A stretch of 36,056 nucleotides of DNA from Dicyema japonicum. Its lineage: Eukaryota > Animalia > Dicyemida. Positions 22,600-32,659 of this stretch are shown in pieces (position 1 is the stretch's first letter; each line of letters begins with the position of its first letter). Under the pieces are notes generated by a model that did no database searches, had not been told where the DNA came from, and saw only the letters and a program-made list of their open reading frames with translations. The stretch covers positions 1,245,475-1,281,530 of the forward strand of contig RDEW01000003.1 in NCBI GenBank assembly GCA_011109175.1. Reading direction: 5' to 3'. A program made the position numbers and the translations under genes.

Positions 22600-23010
22600 A
22601 AGATATGTGCCAGATACTTTAGTGCCATTTTTGAAACCTCGAATAAGATTTTCGATAGTTCCGCCAACCTTGCACATTTTTCCTCATCCATAGTGGAATT
22701 GGCATGCGAGGACTTATCCCGTAAGCAAGCTTTAGAGCAAAATTTCGCGTTTTCTCAAATTTCTTAAGGATAGAGTTTATCTATCCATGGAAGACACATC
22801 GAAAACATTTATTAAAAATGAGATAACATCGAAAACCTTTATTAAAATGAATATAAGCCAGAAAACATATTGTAAAAAAATGGATCCTCTCTCAACTTGT
22901 GAACGAAGAATTAATTGTCTCATCAAAATTTTTGAGACGCAACAACTGTATAATTAGCTATCAGGGAAATGGATAAACTGAGACACCAGGGATTTTCATC
23001 GACGAGGATA
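22600..23010 (-). mobile_element. Possible decayed CR1/L2-like LINE reverse transcriptase C-terminal remnant
   Basis: Fragments YVFILVDEN and LKKFEKTRNFALKLAYG resemble YLGV.VD.KL and LERVQRFALR; about 50 bp are homologous to 8615-8660 (+). Confidence 0.3.
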
Positions 23011-23412
23011 AAAACATAAATTGTTGATAAACAAACAGGATTTCAGCCCAATTAAAGAAATCGTTGAATTACACTACTTTGAAGCAGACAAGCAACCAAA
23101 CTATATTTTCTTGTCAATTAGTCTTTCTCATCTATGCACCTTCAAAAACGTGTTTAGCAAAAAACCGGTCCTTCAAAAGATCCATTCGCCTCTCTTGCTA
23201 CCCGCTTTCCAACATGGTTTACATGAAGGCACATATCTACAATTCCTTTACTTCACAGTCTAAATCTTTTTTATCCACACGAAAAAAGTATTTTGGTCTC
23301 GGAAGATATAGAGAAGGTATTTGAATCACTCTCCTTGAAGGTCGTAGCAACATTCATCGAATCTAAAGTCATGACTGGCAAACATTATCAGTGGCCTAAA
23401 AAGGCAAGTGAT

Positions 23413-23682
23413 ATTAAATAACGAAAGTCAAAATTACGATACCTTTCAAACAGAGTTCCACTTGGATACTCATTATCTCCAACATCGTTCAAATGTACTT
23501 TAGTGACCTTCATATTTTAGTTATCCCATTTCCATGATTTTGTCTTTATTAAATAACGAAAGTCAAAATTACGATACCTTTCAAACAGAGTTCCACTTGG
23601 ATACTCATTATCTCCAACATCGTTCAAATGTACTTTAGTTACCTTCACATTTTAGTTATCCCATTTCCATGATTTTGTCTTA
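23413..23682. repeat. 135-bp tandem duplication
   Basis: Two units starting at 23413 and 23548 that differ by about two substitutions; no n between them. Confidence 0.85.
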
Positions 23683-24167
23683 CACTAACGAGCTCTTTAT
23701 CGCACCGAGAAGTTGAATAACTAAAGAACCAAATCAAACTGTGTAAGAGATATTGAATATGGTTGATCTTTGATTCTTGAATAACCACATAAAAGTCTAA
23801 CCATGCAAATCACATGTAACAAAAATATCCTCTTCAGTAAACAGACGAGGTCTAAGCTAATAGTCAATTTGATCCTTACAAAAAGTACCCCCAATTTTCG
23901 AGTTATCTTTGATCACTTTATACATTTAAACGTCAAGTAGACTAGGTATCTTAGAAGATCTAAAAAATGGAAATACAGAAATTCTTATGCATTCCCCGTT
24001 ATTTTCCGATTTTTTGTTAAATTTTTACAACAGGGTTTCCCAAAGTGACATGAAATCTCAGGTTAGCTTTGTCGAGCAAATCATTTTCAAGGAGCAACAT
24101 TGATTGTTATCTATTTGAAAAGTTAAAAAGTATTAAAAAGTTATAAAAAACAATTAATTAAATAATT

Positions 24168-24740
24168 CTAATTTCCATTAATTTCTAGACTCTTTTTACG
24201 TAGTCTTCCAATGTCTCCTTTATGCGTTCCTCTACAATTGCTATCGTGTTTCCCAATGGGTTTCCGGGTTTTTTCAGGATCTCAAGAAACCGCGGTAACT
24301 GTTCCACGCGGATTCCCCTGATGGAGAGTGGGTAAGGAAGGTTTTGATAGTGTAGGAAGAAAACTTGTAATTATCTGTCGAATTAAATTTAGTTTGTTGA
24401 GTATGAATGGGGATAGCGTAAACCTCCATGCAGGACAATCGTATTCGAATCAACTGACGGTGTCTCTGTAAAAAAACTTCTTAAACGTGACGAGAGAAGG
24501 TCAGTAAATCGTAAGTAACGCCGAGAATCTTCTGTTACAGGACATCGGAATAAAAGTTTTCCCAGTGTACACCTCGGTCTCAAATTTGGACTAACTATCT
24601 GAGAAAAATATAATGAATGTGCTTTTTGTCACATATGTTAAATAATGCGGACGCCAATGGGAATCCTTGTGGTATTCGGCAAAAATCGAGAAATTGAATT
24701 GAAGTTTCCGTACCGTACTCTACACCGACCGGAAAGTAAG
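24168..24740 (-). CDS. Possible multi-exon hypothetical gene
   Basis: Protein-like open segments (TYFPVGVEYG..., RCPVTEDSRRYLRF..., LSIRGIRVEQLPRFLEILKKPGNPLG...) can be joined by GT-AG introns; the splicing is ambiguous. Confidence 0.3.
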
Positions 24741-25149
24741 TTTCTAATCTTCTATTTTATACAAGTTCAAATTTTTTTTATGTGGAGATGCCTCGAAATG
24801 AATTGAATGACTCATGTAGTCGTAGTTGTTTATTAGTTTATTCACGTGCTTGTAAGAAGACTGTGGAAGACTGAGCGATCTATATATGTAATCATCGTTG
24901 ATAATTCTAATGATCTTCTTAGTGCTATCAAGATGGTGACACATAAATTTTTGACATAGATTTCCAGAGAGACGGTCCACTCGTGTCAGTGATTAACTCG
25001 ATTAGTCGCGATATTCTGTCAATGAGGGAACGTAAAGACAATGCAGAATCCTTAAAACAAATTCAGGTTTTCTTTAGAGCATCCGTTTTTTGATGAATGC
25101 CAAAACGTGCAAAGATAGCCTCGGATAAACCCCTGTAAGGTGATGAAAG

Positions 25150-25580
25150 AATAAAAATCCAATCGCCCTCCAAGATTACTGTAACCAATGGGGATGTTTG
25201 GCTTTTAATTCACATAGATAATAAGGGCTTTAGATCCACATAATCTCGATAGGTAAGAATTTATGATGTCGAACATCACAAAGGTGGACTGTGGCATTAA
25301 AAAGTGTAAAACAATCCGACGGTGTTAAGACATGACAAAAGAGATCTGTTCCAAGAGATTATCTCCTTCACGGAGAGCCCTGGATAAAGAGAGAAAAAAA
25401 GGTAGGCAAAACTCTCGTCACGTTTGTCCAGGAAGCTGTGGTCGAACCTAAAACTTTTCGAAATTGTCTCTATGTTCAATGAAGGGATGGATCCTTTTGG
25501 ATGCCAGCCAGGCATTGGGCATCTCCTGAGTAAAGTGGATCGATGATGACGCCACTAAAGGGAAGGAAGGAAAATATTCA
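25150..25580 (+). mobile_element. Family B repeat, longest copy (decayed RTE-like 3' end)
   Basis: Family B tail at 25490-25575, preceded by decayed coding-like sequence (VLRHDKRDLFQEII) reminiscent of RTE C-termini. Confidence 0.5.
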
Positions 25581-25736
25581 GTTTAGAAGCCATATAATTG
25601 ATTATAATTATATTTAAATTAAATTATTTTAAAAATTAAAAAATAATTTATATTTCAAATTGACATTAAACACGTTATTGAGACTTTGATTTATCCATTT
25701 TTTGTACGTAGCTTAAAAAGTTCAAAGTCTTAAGAT

Positions 25737-26538
25737 ATGACTGAAATCAAAGAAAACAGCACTCGAAACACAAACTGGGACAAAATAAGGAAGGTAATCA
25801 ATCTATCTGATTCCTCAGTCTTTTCGTCCCAAGTCCAAGCGTGCTAGAATCGCTATAAAGCAGAAAAGTAAACGAAAACACAAACAAGTGGAAAGTTCTG
25901 CGAAAATAGAATCGCCTGTTTCTGAAACTACCAGCAACACCCTCACGAAAGTGGTTGGTTTGGACTGTGAAATGGTTGGGATTGGCCACAATGGGAGAGA
26001 GGATGCTTTGGCACGTGTTTCGATAGTAAACTACTTTGAGGAATGTATCTTTGATCGCTATGTCCACGTTCCTGACAAAGTTGCCGACTACAGAACCCAC
26101 GTGTCAGGTATACGGGCAGAAGACATTGAAAATGGTAGCAAATTCAAAATTTACTATTAGGCCACGAGTTCGCTGACGTCATGACAGATGTTCACTCTAT
26201 AATAAAGGATCGCATCGTTGTGGGCCATGATCTGAGGAAGGACTTCAAAGTAATTGTCAGTGTTCATTGTAGTTGTTGTATATCTGTCATTCTGTGAAGT
26301 TGGTCAGGGATACTTCAAATTACAATGTGTTCAGGGAGATGTTCGACAGGAAAAGGCCATCTTTAAAAAATTTGGCTCTTCGATTGCTTCATACCCGTAT
26401 TCAGGAGGGTGAACATGACTCAGTTTGTTAGTGGAGATTATTTAGATTGCTGATGCAGCTGTTGCTATGAGAATTTATAAACTGTATAGAAAACAATGGG
26501 AGGATCATGTTAAGAAATCGCATAAAAAATCTAATTGA
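25737..26538 (+). CDS. REXO4: RNA exonuclease 4 (DEDDh family), spliced
   Basis: Introns at 25794-25818, 26135-26160, 26250-26272 and 26423-26445. Motifs [59 protein letters not shown] and YRKQWE; ends at TGA. Confidence 0.92.
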
Positions 26539-26789
26539 TTATTTTATTTTTTTAAAATATTTTTTTTACTTTTTTAAATTTTTCGAATTTACTTATTTTG
26601 CTTAGACCACTTTGTTGACAAATAGAACTTGTGCTTTAGTGGCAAATCTTTAATTGACTGAAATGATAGGTGCGATTGTATTTTGTCGCTGATTTATGAT
26701 ATTTATTCATTTTTTTATTCAGTTAGATTTTTTTTAATGAAAAAAATTTATTACAAAATAAGACAATCGAATCAGCTGATAGGATTGAA

Positions 26790-26960
26790 TGGCTGTTTCC
26801 CCTGACAACCGTCAGAAAAATCCTTTGGAACAGCCACTCGGATTCCGACTTTTATTAAAAACGAAATCATTGACCAAGCGATCTTAGAAAGAAACCGTCT
26901 TGGGACCGAAGCCTCCAGTAGTCTCAACAACAACGGGCTGTACATGGAATCTTGTGGAGT
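26790..26960 (-). mobile_element. Decayed CRE-like endonuclease C-terminal remnant
   Basis: VQPVVVETTGGFGPKTVSF*...FF*RLSGETAIQ resembles FVPLAVETSG...QRLS.AIQ. Confidence 0.45.
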
Positions 26961-27309
26961 GGCTGTCGTATTTTTATCGTCTTTATTTTTACAAGATTAG
27001 TTGTAGTATATATTAATGGAAGATACTAACATGACTCCGTGTTAGGAACTCTGATTTAGGGGTACTGGCTTCAATTACAACGCAAATGCCTTATAACTGA
27101 CAATAGTTTATTGTTATAACTGTTCTTCTGTTTACAACATTTTAACAGTCGTGTTTTGTATNTGACTCCGTGTTAGGAACTCGGAATTAGGGGTACTGGC
27201 TTCAATTTCAACGCAAATGCCTCATAACTGATAATAGTTTATTGTTATAACTGTTCTTCTGTTTACAACATTTTAACAGTCGTGTTTTGAAAATAAAAAT
27301 GCTTTCCAC

Positions 27310-27870
27310 ATGCTCTTGCAATTGGAACAAGCTGGAGGCGTTCATGACTGGAATAATCCCTACTCTTAAAACTCTTTGTAATGAAGCAGAATTATAGAAG
27401 ATGAATGCTTACCTTAGGGATATTTTTGGAAAGTACATGCGGACAAACCTTCAAGTGTGGCCATCTGAAGTTCTCATAGTGATCACAAGGAGGGTGACTA
27501 CCTTGGAGTATCTTTCAATTACAAGTACAGTTTCCTTAATCAAACTGCCCATTAAGAAGTGTTTGTAAAGTGTGAGAAAGATCCAGAGACGGCCAATACT
27601 GCATTCTTTAAGAATGTCCTATAGGGTGTAGTTTCTGCAATGGAAATTTCGTGACTTCAAAGATGGGAGGTGACTGAGAAGATCCTGCAGAACTTTAAAC
27701 TAGATGAGTAGGACTACAGAAAACAAAAGTATGCTAAGGCAAGGGCAATAAGGAAGGAAGTCCCGAATTCGCTGTTCCAAAATTGTGAAAAGGACAATCC
27801 TCATGACTTTAATGTGTTACGTAATAAAACTTGGTTAATAGCACGTGTAAAGAAAACATGAGAAAATTGA
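27310..27870 (+). pseudogene. Decayed coding-like sequence of unknown origin
   Basis: Long protein-like frame (DHKEGDYLGVSFNYKYSFL...KARAIRKEVPNSLFQNC) with scattered stops; less AT-rich than its flanks. Confidence 0.25.
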
Positions 27871-28149
27871 CTGGAGCTTAAGTTCCAAAAATAGAATATC
27901 TGCTAAATCTGCACGAAACTCTGTTTCATGATCGGGTAGTATAAAGAACTCGTAACGCGTTCATCCACGGCAACGAAGGAGATCAAAAAATAGCAATACA
28001 TAGAAAAGGAGTTATAATAAAGCCACATGGTTTCCTCCTGGTTACGAGAATTTGTGGTAAAGAAACATAACTTTTTGAAAAAATTATCAACGTAATTTTT
28101 GTCTTTTTCTCCTTTAAATTAACTTAGTTTTTCTATATGCTTTGGATAA

Positions 28150-28327
28150 TGAGTGACGCCGTCATCAGTGAACATCTCAAGGCATAACCGGATCTTGTAC
28201 AAAAGACTCACTCCCAAAGTAAAAAATTTTTCTTAGTTCTCCCTCATCGATTAGTTATGATAACTGTCCTATACTCAAAAATAAAGTGTGTGTCCTGCCT
28301 GGGGAGAGCTATAGCTAATCTGGCTCT
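28150..28327 (+). mobile_element. tRNA-derived SINE, 5'-truncated copy
   Basis: GAGTGACGCCGTCATCAGTGAA core and AAATAAAGTGTGTGTCCTGCCT...GAGCTATAGCTAAT 3' region. Confidence 0.75.
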
Positions 28328-28342
28328 TAGTAAACTGCGGTA

Positions 28343-29076
28343 CAGTAATCCCTCATTAATCCTAACATAAAATTTGGGTGCCTTTTGGACTGTGAAAGTA
28401 ATAGTTTTAAAAATTCATTAAAATATGAACTACAATGTTAATTGCATTTAATAGTTGTATTTGCGAAAATTCTTTATCGGTCCCTCCTTTATCAGCATCA
28501 ATAATTTTTTCGTCGACATTTTAATCTTCAGAAAAAGGTGACGATTTCATTTTAGTCGAGGATTTTTGTTTGAGCTATTTCTTCAGTAGCAAGTTCTTCC
28601 AGTTCTTTAGTACACATTCAAAAAATCTTGCATGATATTTTTAATAACAAATGAATAAATAATTTAATTTTCCCTGTCTTTTAGAAATAATTTTATTGTG
28701 TCTTCTTTTATTTCACTCCATGGCATCCGTACGGTGCCATAATGATATCCTCCAAAATTTCAAAAAAAAATTCCAATGATAATCAAAATAAGCGTTTTTC
28801 TATAATAATGCTTAAAGTGCTTGATTATGTGTAAATCTATGGTAGAAGAACAGCAGTTTTGTTTTTGGAAATAATAAAATTTAAATGTAAAATTTTAATT
28901 TAAATGTGTTTTTTTACTAAATAATAAAATTTAAATTTAAATGTGCTTTTTCTTTACTATGCTCAATAACAAAGTTAAATTTTTAATGTTCCAATTTCAT
29001 TAGCAAAAAAAGGTTTAGTAGTCCTCAGTTTGGTTGCTTTATGATCATTGAAGTTCGGATTAATGAGGATTTAAGG
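28343..29076. mobile_element. pogo/Tigger-like non-autonomous DNA transposon
   Basis: TA plus CAGTAATCCCTCATTAATCC at the left; GGATTAATGAGGATTTAAGG plus TA at the right. Same TIR family as 34623. Confidence 0.5.
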
Positions 29077-29549
29077 TAATGTAGATTTGTATTCTACTGA
29101 ATTTTCGATGTATCTATTTATTTAGAACTACGGATTACCGAGAAAAAAAGACATAATAGTCGTCAGTTAAGTGATCTCTGTTCCCTCAATCAACTGAACA
29201 TCCAACCTCTTCCATTGTTCACACTACCGTGCTGTATCTTAACCATATAAAATAACAGTATCGATAAAAAATTATTAAAAAAACACATTTGTATAATTTT
29301 TAAAATTTTAAAACAAAAAAAATAAATCTAGTTGATTTACCTAAAATTTTTCATATAAAAAACTTCAATAAAGAAAAAAAATTAGAAAACGATTGTTCAA
29401 AAATTGGTGCAAAAAATCCATGTTTTCGGAGCTGATTCTCCACAATCCTAGTTCATTCAGTATGCTTCGATTGTTAATAATGTACCTGAAGTGAATCATT
29501 TCAGATTTTTCCGTGTTCCGATTATCGTTCTTTCAACTAGTTTTTCAAA

Positions 29550-29808
29550 ATGAAGTTTTTAATAGAGGTAAGTTACGATTTTTTATAGTCAGGTCAGGTC
29601 AGGTCGTACATCACGATCGAAGATGTCTCCGTCTATCAAGATTTTATGTGAGCTCGATGGGGAACACTGGAAAGATAAGGACAAGACGGAGATGGATCAT
29701 ACAGTTAACTTGTGCTTGTTTTTTACTTGTAATTTTTGGAATAGGCAAACAACTCTCTCAACAAAATCTTTTCCAGATACCCTAGTAACTCCACAATTTA
29801 TCAACTGA
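29550..29808 (+). CDS. Possible 5' exons of a hypothetical gene, weakly C2-domain-like
   Basis: ATG at 29550 and a canonical GTAAGT donor (intron 29568-29592) give MKFLIEVRSGRTSRSKMSPSIKILCELDGEHWKDKDKTEMDHTVNL; downstream splicing is unresolved. Confidence 0.25.
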
Positions 29809-29817
29809 CACCATACC

Positions 29818-30390
29818 TTAAAAGAGCAGTACAGGATGCTTCGCCTCCTCTATCTCAGTTTTGACCTGCTGGCAAGGGATCAATGACTTATTTATTAATT
29901 TCCAAGAACCAGCGCTTTCTATGACAGATGGATCGTATAGCGTTACTCTCTCAGAACAAGGAAAGAGAAAATCAGAGGAAAGTGTCACGACGACATCGAA
30001 ATGATTACTCCACCATTTCATCTGATAATTCCTTTGAAGATTTTTTTTATCTGTGATGAACTTGTTCTTAAAGTACTATTCTTTCCGAATGCAACTGGGA
30101 GTACTGGATGCAGTTGATTAACTTTTTGCTCTTGACTTTTTGCTCTTGAAGAATCCCGTTTCCCTTCAAGCCATGGCCGTAATATCATGAAAAATAACTG
30201 TGTCTTGTGATCTTCAATATTAGGAAATTAAAAAAATCAATTTCCTCAGGAAATTTCGGATTCCATGTGAAAACTCTGATTCCCACTAAGATCGCATCTC
30301 AAGCTTCTTTTCCATCCAGAGATGGACTATGCTCATGTCCTGAGCGTTCGATTCCCACTTTAGCAACGATGATTCTGAAACACAGATCTT
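29818..30390 (-). mobile_element. Possible decayed LINE APE-endonuclease remnant
   Basis: Fragments IIVAKVG and SNHFDVVVTL resemble IIMGDFNAKVG and SDH..V...L; many disruptions. Confidence 0.2.
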
Positions 30391-30595
30391 AGGAAGACTT
30401 AGCCGCAGTATTTTGCTGTCAAAAAATCTCAAGAGGTCTATGTCCCAGTATTTTGTAGTTTCAGCATACTAAGTTTTGTTAAAAGGATTGATCCCCTAAC
30501 AAATGGAAAGAAAAGAATCAATACTGAAACATTGGCCTTTCCAGAATATTTGTCTCGCGATTTTGAAGGTTAACACTCAGCCTATTCCGTGTTCC

Positions 30596-30926
30596 CGGGT
30601 GGCTTAGTGGTTAGGTGTCGGGCTTAAGTGGCTTAGGCTACGGGTTCGAATCTCTATGCTGTTTACCTGGTGGAAGGTTCCACGCATCTACGATGCAGAA
30701 ATGGTTTGACGAGTGACGCCGTCATCAGTGAATACTTACTGCGGAACTGGATTGTCTAGAAAGGACACTCACACAAGAAAAAGAAAAAAAAGAAGTGAAG
30801 ATCATTCCTTGGTTCTACGATTAGTTAAAATTAACTGTTCTTTACTTAAATAAAAGTGTGTGTCCTGCCTATGCGGAGCTATAAAATACTATGGCTCTCG
30901 TGAAAAGGCTTTATTATTATTATTAT
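30596..30926 (+). mobile_element. Full-length tRNA-derived SINE with 13-bp target-site duplication
   Basis: A box TGGCTTAGTGG, B box GGTTCGAATC, family core and (TTA)n tail; flanked by the direct repeat TATTCCGTGTTCC at 30583-30595 and 30927-30939. Confidence 0.9.
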
Positions 30927-31074
30927 TATTCCGTGTTCCTGCCATCTTAGAAAACCTATCATGTGTCATGCTAGACTGGCTAAAACTCGTTGCAAGTATG
31001 GACAATGAAATCGAAATGCATGCAATAGCTTATGCTCTGCATAGAAATCAATCAGGAATCAACGAGTTAATCAA

Positions 31075-31910
31075 TGAGTGTTTTTTAAAAGTATGAATAA
31101 AAAATGTATGTGCATCAGTCAAAGTATGACTTTAAAGTAGGAGACAAAGTATTTTTATAATTATTTTTTTGGTTCGCATTATGATTATTAGCACTTTCAC
31201 GAGAGCCATAATTTTCATAGCCCACATGTGCAGCAAAAAATGCAAGAGAAAGAGTAAGCTTGCTCCAAGCTCTTCTGTTCTTAGCCAGATCCTTCAGTGT
31301 GTCCAGATCGTCACCAGATGGCTTTATTTTCTTCACGGGTTTCAGATTGTTTTGTAAAACGACCGGGAGGGTTGTTCTCGGTCTTACACGAAAGCGTTTT
31401 ACATTGGAGGAGTAGTAGTCTTCCACTGCGATATTCGTGGGGGATATCGAGTCCAACCTCAGGACGTGTCCAAAAGGTCTCCAACGAGAGATAATGTTCT
31501 CGAGACTTAATGGTGTACAGTCACACTTATTGTACAGTCTTTTCCTCGAGATCTTGGATGGCCAGGACATTCCAGTTATGTTTCTTAGATGATTTTCATT
31601 GTAAAGGATTATGGAATCCGTCATTAAGACTTAACCGTTTTGAGATGCCTTATGATCCACCTGAAAGTACTCATATTTCATAATGGCTTAAAGGTAAATA
31701 TTAATAATTATAGCTTTCAGAAAAATCAAAAATAATTAAAATCGTAAAAGAAAACTTAATAATTAAATATAAAAAAATAATAGTGATTGTTAAATTATCA
31801 GTGATTTAATTGTCTTGATGATGACTCATCATTAATGAAAGGTATCAAGATTTAATGACAAGTGATGGTAATCAGTCCGTATGGTAACTAGTCAAGTATG
31901 TCACATAAAC
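31075..31910 (+). repeat. Diverged family C repeat interrupted by an RTE insertion
   Basis: 31085-31168 and 31608-31665 match consecutive parts of the 13900-14045 copy. Confidence 0.6.
31169..31610 (-). mobile_element. 5'-truncated RTE-clade LINE (family A) with intact C-terminal frame
   Basis: WPSKISRKRLY...RWRPFGHVLRLD...RPRTTLPVVL...DDLDTLKDLAKNRRAW followed by a short TAA-like tail. Confidence 0.85.
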
Positions 31911-32659
31911 TTATAAAACTAGACAAAAGAAGCAAATAAACAGCAATAAACGAGATACAGCGAGAATTACGTCTAACAATGGCAATTCCGAGACGTTCAG
32001 AGAATCATCGTCGTTAAGGGAATCTCCTAGCCGTGACAAGATTCCACTTAAATCTGTCGGAGAACTGGTGAAAGGCTCGACCACACCTGAAATCTCAAAT
32101 ACAATTGCGACGAAGCGGATCGGTACTTTAATATAATCAGTCATCGCTCATTAATGGCANTGATGGTGACCAGTCCGTATGGTAACTAGTCAAGTATGTC
32201 ACATATTAACTTAAACTAGACAAAAGAAGCAAATAAACAGCAACAAACGAGATACAGCGAGAATTACGTCTAACAATGGCAATTCCGAGACGTTCAGAGA
32301 ATCAACGTCGTTAAGGGAATCTCCTAGCATTGACGAGATTCCACTTAAATCTGTCGGGGAACTGGTGAAAGGCTCGACCACACCTGAAATCTCAAATACA
32401 ATTGCGACGAAGCGGATCGGTACTTTAATATAATCAGTCATCGCTCATTAATGGCAGCATCAGCATAAGATGACAAACTCAAATTCTGTTTTTAATTTAA
32501 AGACACGTGGTTGCATCATTAAATTTAAATTTAATTAAAACAATTATTTAAAAAAATACCACATTTTAATTAACAATGAATTGATTTCAATCATAGTGAC
32601 CACAAATATGTCATGTGGCTTAAATTATTTAAATACAGAAAAATAACATTTGGCCAGTT

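Noticed and set aside
27310-27870. Alternative genetic code (TAA/TAG = Gln, as in ciliates with 25-nt introns)
   Set aside because: The conserved genes have no in-frame TAR in exons, use CAA/CAG for Gln, and the cathepsin, ZC2HC1A and OSTF1 models end at TAA at plausible C-termini.
30596-30655. Functional tRNA gene
   Set aside because: A and B boxes are present but there is no convincing acceptor or anticodon stem, and it is fused to a repeated body with tail and TSD, so it is a SINE head.
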